Shown in pieces: positions 26,331 through 37,299 of a stretch of 64,000 nt of DNA; position 1 is the first letter of the stretch, and each line of letters opens with the position of its first letter. This stretch comes from Raillietiella orientalis. Its lineage: Eukaryota. The DNA lies in contig JAYWIR010000019.1 of assembly GCA_036172245.1 (NCBI GenBank), positions 1,798,001 to 1,862,000 of the forward strand. Direction: 5' to 3'. The notes beneath the pieces were generated by a model, which worked only from the letters and a program-made list of their open reading frames with translations, was not told where the DNA came from and did no database searches. A program made the position numbers and the translations under genes.

Positions 26331-26809
26331 GGTGGCGAACAGTTCTTCAGCACTTGGCCAACCCCCCCCTTCCCTCGAAGAAGAAAAAAAAAAACCTGCT
26401 TGCGCCGTGTTTGCAAAGGTGCGTGTGCGGGGCAGAGTCGCTCGTTGGGTGGGTGGGGTCTTCCGCGCGCGCTGGTCTCGGCGGGAACTTCCTGCGCTTC
26501 CCCGCCTGAAGGCTCGCCAGTCTCTGGAGGCGCATCGTCCATCTTGGAAACCTCCTCCCTCGAAAGCGGTGGTGCCGTTCGCGCCCGAGGCAGGGGGGGG
26601 GGGGCGACGACGCTCCGAGGACTGCAGTGATGACGCTCTTGTCAAATTTTTCAAGTCACTCCCTCGTCTCCTCGCGCACACGCGGTCCCAGGTCTGCTCA
26701 GCACGACCCGTCCGGAAAAATCGAAAGAGGTCCGACCGCGCGCGGAGAAGACGCACGGGATCAAAGAAAACGAAGACGGAGAAAAAAAGAAGGAAAAAAA
26801 CAAGTCTCG

Positions 26810-29800
26810 ATCGAACGGGGTGGTTACTTGGCAACGAATGACTCCATACATCCGGGAAAAGTGCTTCTCGACCATTCAAGGAAGAGCTCTTGTAGTCTCT
26901 GCCTGATGTTCGCGGTCTATCCATTCCCTTCTCTTTGAACCGGAAGTCTCACCAACCGCTCCCGGGGGCTGGGCTTCCCTTAGGATCCGCAACACGAGGA
27001 CGCACTTGCGGGAGTCCTTCCGCCCCGAGGAGACTCCAGCATTTTCCGAAGCAGTTGCTGGCTAAGAGCGGCACATCCTGGAGGCTCTCCATGGATCCGT
27101 CTCGGCCTCCTCGCCCTCTTTCGGAGGAAGTGCATTCTTCTTTGCGGCTTGAGGTCCAAGCTACTGTTGAAGCCACCCGAGGGTGCGTGTATTTCGTCAA
27201 GATAAGGGTAGACCATTCTATGAATACAGGAAATACTCCGGAGGAAGGAGTCTGTTCCTCTCACGCCTGGGAAGGGTTCCCCGAAGGGAACCCTCCACCC
27301 TGGTTGTCTCCGAAGGGAACCTCCTTCCTTATTCTCTCCGGAGGGACCCTCGAAGGGGGCAACTCCACTGGTTCTTCCCCGGAGGAAATCCGCCAGGGAA
27401 CTGCTCCCTGTCTGCCCCTCTGAAGAGAACCCCGAAGGGAAGCCTCCAAAATTTCTCTGGAGGGCTCTCCCCGAAGTGGAGCGGCGCGCTTCTCTGCACT
27501 TTCTGGAGAGGTAGCGACACACCTGCTCCACGGAGGGGTTCCCCGCACAGGAGAGGACCCCCCTTCGAAGGGGGATCCATTCTTTTGCACAACCGGAGGG
27601 AAATTTCCACTACTTGATTCCTGGAAGGATCCGTAGGGTCGACTCCCAATCCAGGGCACTCATCGGGGCATCCGCTTTGAACCCCTACCGGCTCCACACC
27701 CGAATAAATGTAGGCCGACCAGCGTCATCTTGCGAGAGGAACTCGAATCCACGGCGCACTCCCCGTTTCTCGACACCGGATTCTCACTGAACATTCGAAC
27801 CCGCGACGCTCGGTGGTGGTGCCAAGCGCAGAGACCGCAACCACGTGGCCTTCGACGCGGGCATTGGCTGTAGCCGCAAGCGGGTGTTTCTTGCGCTGAG
27901 GAGTTTCCCTTGCGAGGGAAGACACAACGCCGAAGCTTGTCGGCTATGGACTCTTGGCAACTCCATCAGTGCCCGCCTTCCGGTGCTGAGGACGAGGAAG
28001 GAGGAGAAGAGGAAGTCGGCGGCAGTCCGGAGGTTCGCCCCAAGTTTCTTCCTCTGGAGGCGGTCCGTTCGCCAAGGGGAGCCCAGGGGAGGGGGGGGGG
28101 CATCCAGTCGGAACCCGATGGACTCTTCGCCACGCGCCCGTCTCCTTCCGAACTGCAGAGCTCGCGGGCGGTCGTGACTGTCGGTTGGGTCGGCGATGGA
28201 GCTGGTGACCAAGGAGGAGGAGGAGGCGGAAGACTCCCTAACCGCTCCGACCTCCCCGCTCCCACCCCCAAGCAGGTTACGGGGCTCAGAGTGATCACAG
28301 GGGACGTCCATATCCGACACGACAATGGGATGGTTCTTTCCAGTGCCGCCCAGTCAGGACGTAAGACGTTGAAACCCTCGATCGGCTCTGGTAGATGGGC
28401 CGACCCACGCCCCTCTGAAACCAGAAGGGGCGGTCAACTCTCCCCAGCCCCGAAGCACATACCAGATGGTCCGAGGATGCTCAACCTCCTGAGAGGGACT
28501 GCAGCGGCTCGGTCGTTCTTCTTTTCCTCTGGCAAACTCATAGGTTGCAGTGCTCTCGCTCTCCCGAGAACCAGCATATCCCTGTGTTCGAGAGGACCTT
28601 GGGCTGGATGCGCTCGTCCGTGCTTCCTCGGTACATCGTTTCCTTTCTTTCCAATCTCCTCTCCCGGGATGTCTCAATGCTCAGGAGAGTGGGAGCAGCT
28701 CCCTGCGCGGGTAGTGGTAGTGAGGTGCTCCAGGGTCGGACTGACTACCTTTGTCATTCCACACTTGCGGGTGGCATCCACTAATTGGATGCAAAGGAAC
28801 GAGGAGGCTGCGCGCGGTTCGCGGTCTCACAGGGGTTGCGTCTGTGGGGAAGGAGTCGAACGAACGCTCTGGCGAGCGAAACCGGCGAACCTTTTGGTCC
28901 AGAGAGCATCATCCGCTCCTTTTTTTTTTCTTGTTTGTTTTTTTCTCATCCCTCCCCCCCCCAACTCCCACCCGCGAGCGCGCACCACATCAGAAGGCCT
29001 CGTCGAAGACAGCGAAATTGAAACGCCTCTGACGCGAAGGCGGCATCGCGCCCTCTTTAGAAAGCAGCTACAACCCCTTATTGTACAAAGGATGGCATGC
29101 CTTTCACAATAGGGCTTGTGCCACCCCTACTGTGGAAGGGGCGGCACGCCAAACTGGAGATCGCAGAGGGAAGGATGGATTTGTTACTATCATGAGGAGG
29201 ATGAGGAGGAAAGAACACACGCACTGACGCACGCACACACGCATACAAAACATGCGATTTGTTTTGCGCGTGGTAGTTTTTGAAGCAGACTGAAGATGGC
29301 GCGCGCTTTCCCGCCTTGTTCTCCCCCCTCTTCCCTTTTCTTCTTTTTTTTTGTCAGCGTCAGCACAAGGAAGCTGGCCGAACCATTCGGGAAGAGGGAA
29401 TTCTTCGAGATGAGCTCTATCTGCCAGAGAGGCTCCCTGGTGCATCTGCGGATGGATGCTGGCCAACTGATGGTCCGGTGGCTGGAGAGGACCGGGGGCG
29501 GTCGAGAGACGTGAGGCACCCCGGAGGAACATTCGGGACGCGAACGGAACGGGCGAATTTTGGGCTCTTGCGCGCGCACGACCCTGCCCTCCGGCGCCGG
29601 GGTCGGGAAGCTCCTGAGCGCGCGCGGCATCTGCTGCTGAGCGCCTCGAGGGCTCCCGCCGAAAGCGATGGACCCCTGCTCTGCTTTCCCAGAGTGAGTG
29701 ACGGGGGGCGAGTTCCAGCTTGGGCTCACATTAGCCCACGTCTCACTCTCGCGACCTCCTTCCGGGAAGACCTCGAGCTTCTGCTGCTGCCACTCGTCTC

Positions 29801-30600
29801 GGCCTGGAGGGGTTGAGGTGACCTTTCTGAGAAGGAACCCCCACGCCCCCTCCGCTTCGTCTCGAGTTCTACCCCCTCCCCTTCCTGCTGTCCCATCTGC
29901 GCCCGCCTTTCGGCAACCCGTCACCGCCGCCCTCTGCCCCCGGGACGTGGTCTCCGATCAGGAGGCTGGATCGCCCGCGTCTTTGGGTTCCTTCGCGGTG
30001 CTGCTGCAGGCTAGGGTGGACCTCCGTCCCCTCTCTCCTCCAACCGAGAGCTCTGGGGCCAGACGGAGGGCTTCGACCGTCCCCGGTCGAGTGAGGCCCT
30101 CGCGTTCTCCCCCGAGCTGCCTGCTGTCTCTCCTCGCCTGCCGGACGCTCAGACCGCAGGAGCCCGCTGGAGCAATCTGCCGCGCCACTCCTTCGCGTCT
30201 CCTAGCGACTGCTCCCGGTGCGGAGCAGGGGCGGCGCAGCGGACGTCTCGTAGCCTCCGCCTTTCTGAGGGCAGTGGAGAGGTCTCGAAAACGCCTGACC
30301 TGCGAGAGGGGAGGGGGGTGCAGAAGGGAGGGGAAGGGAGGGTCACAGGGAGAGGGGGGAGGGAGTCAGTCAGCTCGGTCAGCTTCCTCCTCACCTGCAT
30401 CGCTTCCTCTCCGCCCACACTGGACGAGCATTTCATTCGTTTTCTCTCCTGTTTCCCCCCCCCCCAGGCGGGCGCGGTCTTCGGCTTCGACCTTTGAGCG
30501 GCGGCAGCCCCTCTCGATAGAAACGCCGTTCCAGGTTGCCTGCGTTTGTTAGCGGATCGATCCCCTCCCGCCGGCGCGACGGGGGCGGGGGACATTTCGT
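26810..30600 (-). mobile_element. BEL/Pao pol relic C (protease, RT, RNase H, integrase)
   Basis: In order on the - strand: GTAFLSRGAA, PKIRPF...ECSSGV, PGPLQPPDHQLASI...GASLADR (~GP.LQPDL..IL.RFR...A..ADI), PSRCSPSQEVEHPR (~KSRVAPLK..TIPR), WKEPSHCRV, SLADFLRGRTSGVAPFEGPSG (~MADLP..R....PF...G), TDSFLRS...EIHAPSGGFN (~I.SDNG.NF), SLNGREAL. Confidence 0.6.
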
Positions 30601-31799
30601 ATCTCTCCAGCTTCAGTTTCTATCCCTCTCTTTTCCTTCCGGAATCTCATTCCTTGGTCAGAGTTCCCCCCCTCTCCCCCTGGGAGGATGTGGGCGGTCG
30701 CAGTTCATCTTCCAGCCGAGATCACGGACCGCGTTCGCCCCCTCCTCTTCCTCCGGACGCAGCCGCTTGGTCGTCCGCCTGGGGCGATCCCTCTCCCGGG
30801 TTCCTCCCTCCGTCGGGTCCCGTCCCGCGGGAGCCGCGGTTCCTCCCCGGGATTGATCGCTGGTCGTCCACGCGGGGTTTCGCCCTCTGGGAAGGAAAAC
30901 GGGCTCACTTGGCGACTGCCCCATCCGGGGGGCAGGCAGGAGCTGCGCTCCCTTGCGCGAAGGCGGCACGGTGGCGCCTGGCGCTCCGGTCCGCGGGAAG
31001 GTCTTTGGGGAAGTCCAGGAGGAGATGAGGGAGAGCGACTGACGTTCCCGAACCGCGCGCGTGGCCCAGCGGAGAGCCCTCCCGGGTTCGGCCGTTCCGG
31101 AAGGGAAAATGCGAAGACCCGAGTCCCGGAGGGGTGATGGGGCTCACGGGGTTCAGTGCAACAGGTCGGAGGTCCCTACTGAGGGAGGGGTCCGAGAAAG
31201 GGAAGTTGTGGGAGCGCGGCATCGCTCTGTGGGCATGTTCGCTTCCGAACCTCCTTGCACCCCTTCTCTGAGAGCCCCCTCACGCCGGTCGTCGTCGTGG
31301 CATGCCGTCGGGAAAGCCAGCCGAGCGGGTCCATCGGGGAAGGAGATGCTCCCGCGGGCATTTACACCCGGTTGCGCCGAGGAGTTCCTTAGAAGAAAAT
31401 TTTGCCGGGGGAGGGGGGGGGGAGTTCCCTTCCTTCGTAGGAGCTTCGAGGGAACGCCTCTGCGAAGGGAAGGCGCTGCCCCTTCTCCCTCCGATCCGAT
31501 GAGGTCCGCTGCCACCCACAGTAGAAATGGGGGGACGGGGAAACCACACACTCACACAAATCCTATATAAAAATGCGTTGGGGAAGGAACGCAGGTCGGC
31601 CAGCTGACCAACCGATCCATCCTGGACCCTCCCCCCCCTTCCTTGGAGAGCTCCTTCGCGCGCCGGTTGCGTCGTAGCGTTCCGGGAAGAACGCAGCGGC
31701 AGTGCCGCCGGGTCGCAAAGGAAAGGCAGCGGAGTCCCGCAGCCGTTTTGGACAACCCTGTGTCGTCGGGGGGGGCGGCCAGACGAGTCCCTGGGGGAA

Positions 31800-32400
31800 G
31801 GAGGAGCTCCTTAGGGACGGGCCTCGGGCCGTCCGTTCCGGACATCCGAATAGGGAACGCCGGAAAGTTCCTTCGGTTCGAGGGTCAGCTTTTCCCCCCG
31901 TGGGGCACGCCTGGAGGCACCCCCGAGAGCTTCCCGAAACGGGGGCGGCACGCCCCCCGAGGTCGCGAAGGGCGCTACGAATCTTCCCCGAGGAGTTGCT
32001 GCCACTTCGCAGCCTCTCCGTTCGGCGGAGCCGCGTCCGACCTCCGGCGCGTTTCCAGGTGGCCCTCGCGTCTTCTCGAGGGGCGGATCCGGAGTCTCGG
32101 GTGCCGAGGCCGTGCGGCCCCGCCTCGGAGCACGTCGGACCCGCTTCGCCCCCTGTTGTTTACCGGGATCGGACGCCGCATCCCCTGAGGGTGTGCGTCC
32201 GGACCGCCAGCGCCGTCTCGACGGAGCGGGGACTGTCGCCTGTTGCCGCTCCCCGTGCGCTTCCCGCGAGCGACGCTTCTCCCTTCCGCTTCGGATGCTG
32301 GCTGGACCGCGACTTCGCCCTCCTTCCACCGAATCCGCTCCGTCCCGGTCGTTCGGTCTCAAAGGCGCGCAGGCCCGCAGGCGCTTCCGGGAACCTTTTT
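31800..32400 (+). mobile_element. BEL/Pao gag fragment
   Basis: KFLRFEGQLFPPW...SSPRSCCHFAASPFGGAASDL...SRLLEGRIRSLG fits DUF1759 spacing. Confidence 0.35.
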
Positions 32401-33899
32401 CCGAGCGCGACTCCGGGTTTTGGGAAGGGAAGGGGGGGGGGGGGAGAAGCGCGGGCGTGGTCCGCGAGTTCACCGTTCGCCGTCGGATCCGGGCCGGTCG
32501 GGGGAAAGGAGAGCGGCCGGGTGGCACATCGTCAGCGTTCTGGCAGCCACCCCCGAGGATTTCCTCTCTTCGGGTTCCCCCCCGCCCGCACGTGCACGAA
32601 AGGGAGCGAGATTTTCGACGTGTGACGCACGATTGCCACTTTCGCTGTCGTGCGGCATCGCAAGTCACGCGTGCCATTACGGGATTTTCCAGGATGCAGA
32701 TTTGTTAATCAATAACTTCGTGAAAGACCCGGAAACAAGGCTATTATTAGCCTTGCATTTTCACCCATCAAAGTGGAAAATACTGATGCCACTTTATTCC
32801 AGAGATGGAAAGCAAAAAGAGGAAAAGCAAAGGGGAGAAAAAAAAGGGGGGGGGGAGACTAAATAAGAAACGATGATTGGGTGTTTGATGGATGAATATG
32901 CGTACGCACGACCAGTCATCCCGGTTAACGCTTCTTCGAACGATTCATAGATGGCTGCACGGGTGCCACTCACGAGCAGTGCCTTGGACTCATTAAACAT
33001 GAGGGCTATCTCCCACGGTTTTCCGAAAATCTGCAACGTTGTTTCTCTCTCGTCCCCCTCCCTCCTCTTTTCTTAACCGATCGCACCGAGAGGAGTGCGT
33101 TTGCCGGCTGCTGAGGGAGATCGTTTCTTTTGAAATCCCCTCAAGATCGCTCCGCTTCCGGATTCGGTAGCGTGGAATCACAAATATGCGAAAAACACGG
33201 CGAAGCCAAATGTCGTTTTGATTGTTCGGCGGGGGGGAAAACAAGAGCGGACCGCGGCTCACGCGGAAGCGCGGGCTTTTCCACCGGCGCGGCGGGGCAA
33301 CGGCATCCCCCCGGCAACCGGTGCGATCCGAAACGAGCGGCGAGGTCGCCGTTTCTCCGGCAGCTCACGTCGGTTCCTTCCCCTCCCATCACCCGGGAGG
33401 AGGAGGAGGACGAGGAGGAGGAGGAAGAGGGAACGAGACGTTCCTACGCCGCGCTGAGCGATTCAGCCTCTGGGAATTCTGCGCACGGGGCAGTCGCTTA
33501 GGATGCATGAGGGAGGGAGGGGGGCGGGAGCCCCGCGCGCGGTGTGGCAAGGAAGGCCGAACGGAACGATTCTTTGACGGTGCTGAAATATTCATGGCTC
33601 CGGAGTATTTCGGTTCCGGAATCAATTAGAGGTGATGGAAAGCGTTTCACGCAAGATCGGCCAAGGAAGCCCTGAGGAAGGGGGGGGGGGGGCGATCCAT
33701 TTCGTAATGGCGCAAGCTCTCTCTCCGGGGCTCGCGAGTGCGCGCGCGGAGCCGGACCGTGAGGCTAATGACGCGGGAACTCCGCCTGCCCTCTTTCCTT
33801 CCCCTCCCCCCTCCCTTCCCCTCCCGGAAAGGAAGGAGGGAGGGGGGAAGCGCGCGCGGCTTTCATGAGGACGGGATTGTTGCCGAAAACGCCGCTAGA

Positions 33900-35600
33900 G
33901 TGTAGCAGGCGAAGAAGAAGCTCCCCCTTCTCCCCGCTGGTCCGCCAAGGCGGCCGCGGGGAGGTCCCCTGAGAGGGAGGGGCAGCCGGAGAGAGCCGGG
34001 GGCGCGCGCTCTGGGCGGCGTCCCTTCCGTGAGGCCACCGACCTGCTAGCGAGCGCGCGCTCCGCAGCGTCCCTCCCGGCCTTCTTTGCCAGAGGCGGAG
34101 GGAGGGCTGGCGTGGCCATCTCGCGGAGCCGATGGACCGTGCCCCTCTCCTTCCTTCCTCCCCCCCGTGCTGAGGAGCTAATCCGGGGAAGGGAGGGGGA
34201 GGTCGGTCCCCTCTTCCGACCTGCCCCGGGGCTTCGCCCTGCCAGAGCGGAACGCTGAGATGCCCTTCCTCGGTGGTTCCGCGGGTCGCTGCAGGGGAAC
34301 GGCGGAGCTTCGGCCTGCCGCCGCCGGGCGGCGCCGCTCCACTTTCCCCGCCGGCCGAAGAGGGAGGCCAGAGGGGAGCTCACGGGGGGAAGGGCGGGAG
34401 AGACCCGGAGGCTCTCTGAGCTGACCTCGCGAGCTCCTGAGCGGAACGGCCTTCGTTCGCGATCGTGCGGGCCACCAGGAAACTTTCCGCGGCCGGCCGG
34501 TAGGCGCCTGCAGCCTCTGGAGAGTGGAGGGGTGGCGAGGAAGAGGGATCCCTCCCATTCCCTTCCCGCCTTTGCCCACGGCCTGGCCCCTGACTTTTGC
34601 GGTACCTTCGTCTTCCCCTCGACGCTAGAGGGAAAGAAGAGGGCGCGCTGCGGTCGTTCCCGTGGTCAGGAGAGGTCGCCGTGACTTCTCCTGCCCGAAG
34701 GGAGGACCCCTGCCCTTCCTTTTGAGCAGAGCTTCCGCGACTTCCCCGGAAGCTCCTTCCGAGGTGCTCCGCAGCTTCCCGAGAGCGGTTAGGGGTCACC
34801 AGCGAGACCCCGGAGCAAAAATGACGTCTGTTGCCTCCAGGGTCCCTCCCTGCCCCCTCCACCCGCTCTCGCCGGCTCCGCTTCTCGTCCTTTCCTGCTC
34901 GCTGCCCTGGAGGAGGGGTGGACGGGACGGCTGCGGACGCTTCCCGCGCAGCTCCGGAGCGGCCTCGCCAGCTGAAGAAGTTCGTCTCCGGGGAAACTCG
35001 CGTGCCCGGAGGTGAGGGTTATCGATCTTTTCCGGTTGCCTGGAGACAGCGCCTCAGCAGCGACAGCAGCAGCCCCCCCCCTCGCCCCCTCCCGGTGGCG
35101 AATGCGCGCGCTCGAAGGACGGGCGGCGGCGGCCGGCGGTCCTACAGCCGCGCGCGAAGGGGGTGCATCCATGGCAACCGCCAGCCCCCCTGCGTGCGGG
35201 TAGGCACCCCTTCCCGAGCTAAGGGGCCGCTTCGCTGCTCCACTCACCTCCGGTCCTCTTGTTCCCGATATCCTTGGTCGCTCCCCCGGAACGTCCTCCT
35301 CGTGGCTGAACCGAGGGCCGTGGACCCCGAAAAAACTTCTCGGGGAAGAAGACCCCGGGCGTTCCCTCTAGCCCTTCCCCTTTTCTTCCGCTCCGACTGT
35401 CCCTCAGGCCCTTCCGGTATTCCCTGGCGCTGCGCGACCTCCTCGGGACTTCCTGAGGGAGGAGCCGGTCGGCGCGGAGGGTCGCCGAAGAAAGCAGAGC
35501 GGCCGGGGAGGCTGTAGGGAGGGAACCGCCCTTGGGGAGTTCCGTGACCCCGGGAGCGGCTTCCGGCCTCTTCCGCGGGACCCCAGAAGAGCCGGGTCGT
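33900..35600 (-). mobile_element. BEL/Pao RNase H-integrase relic
   Basis: RPSVQPR, KRPLSSGRG, FFSWRG, SREAAEHLGRSFRG (~E...AE..L.R..Q), SSFPLASRGRRRYRKS (~SPFLD..G.LRV..R) and IPLPRHPSTL in order. Confidence 0.45.
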
Positions 35601-37299
35601 CCCTGCTTTGCTCTCCCTCCCTCGGACACCGCGTACGCCCGCCCACCCGCTCGCCCGCGTGCGTGCGTGCGAGTGAGCGAGCGAGCGTTGTTTATCTTCG
35701 GCGGCTCGGGCTCTCGAGGTCTCCGCAGGCGTTGATTAGCCTCTGCTCGGTTCCGACTCATCGCGGAGTCTGCGTCGCGTTGATAATGCGGATGGGATCC
35801 GCGAAGCCTGTCGCTGTGGGAACGGGAAGGAGGGGGAGGGAAAAATCAGAAGGGAAGAGGAGGAAGGAAAAAAAAAAAAAAAAAAAAAGGAAGCAGAGAT
35901 CAGACAAGAAATGAAAAAAAAAAAAAAAAAATCGCTCACGGTAGGGAGCACGGATCCCGGAATGAATAGGGGCGGTAGGGAGACGCTGCGAGTCCGCGCT
36001 GAGTAAAGAAAGCTCCCTCGACCTGCTTGTCAAACACACCCGGATGAAGCACCCCCAATCCTGTGAATTCTTCTCGCCCTGATTAATATGGATGAGGCTC
36101 ATTGGCATTCAAATCAGACGTTTTTTCTTTTCTTTTTTTTTCCTTTTTCCTTTTTTTGTTTTCCTCCTCCTTCGCGCTTTCGCCCTCGGAAAACTCCAAA
36201 AAATTATCAATTCACGTCTCTCGCGCTCGCGTTGCGGGGGAAACGCGCGCGGCATTGTTGGGTGACAACGAGCCTCGCTCCGAGGGGGCTGTCCGTTGCC
36301 AATTCGCGTCGGGCACCGCCGGCACGTCCGTCCGCTTTCCCTCTTTGGTGCTCGAATTGTTCTTCCAGCCAGGAGGAGCCATCCAGCCCTCTCCCCCTGC
36401 CCCCGATTCCAAAGCCCACGGGCCCTCGTGGAGACCGTTGTGTTCCGGCGCCGCGCGCGCGGGCTGGCCCCTGCCTGGCGCGCAGGGGGAGCGAGTAGCC
36501 CTCTGGATGGTTCCCCGTGGAGGAGGAGGAGGAGGAGGAGGATTCGATCCAGAGCGGGAAGCGATGCCCGCTGGCGCCCCGCGTGGCAGTGGCGCAGACG
36601 TGGGCTGTGGGTGAGCAATCGTGGGGGTCAGGGCCGCGTGTGTGTTTTCCTCCTCATTGCGTCCCCCCCCCCCTCGCGTCGTCCCTCTTTCCCTTACTCC
36701 CTCGCTCCCCGAAATCTGGAGCAGCATCCGTCTATCGCTGTCATCGATATTTGTTCCCAGATGATAGAACACAGCGTCCCGTTCCTCTGTTTTAATTGCG
36801 CTCATTACGGTAGGCAACACTCAGGCCTATGTAAAGCAGCCGTCCAATTATTTCCCTTCCTTTCCTGTTTTTGTTAATTTCGGGTTATCTCCGCCTCTCC
36901 CCGGCGCGGAATCCGATCTCCAAGATAGAATGTTTCCGAAGCTTTTAAGATTCTTCATGCATGAGTTCCAATCTATTCTCTCGGAGGGGATTAAACCGCG
37001 TTGATAACCCGGGCTAGCGAAACGCGCGCGATCGATCTGATTGGTCAGCCGACGCTGCTCCACTCGATAAGATTTCTCCGTGCGTGCGTTTCTCCCTCTT
37101 TTTTTTCTTCTCCCTCACTCCCAGGCTCTCTCTCTGACTCTCTCCTTTTTTTTTTTTTTTTTTTTTTATCGTTTCTCACAAATCGTGCCATTAGTCTTAT
37201 CTGCATAGCTACCGCTGCGAGATTTCAAAATTCCTCCTTGTTTCGGGTGCAGTGGCGGGAGCAGCAGTAATAAATGATTTTTTGATTTCCTTTCGAACG

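Noticed and set aside
27600..27670. Hammerhead-like core (ccgatgag...gaaa on the - strand)
   Set aside because: Core is CCGA rather than CUGA, and stems II/III cannot be built.
25716..27862. tRNA-derived SINE or tRNA gene (GGTTCGAAT B-box-like at ~25752 and ~27793, A-box-like ggccacgtggtt)
   Set aside because: No cloverleaf or tail, and the shared sequence sits in register within Pao pol motifs that continue beyond the supposed SINE head.
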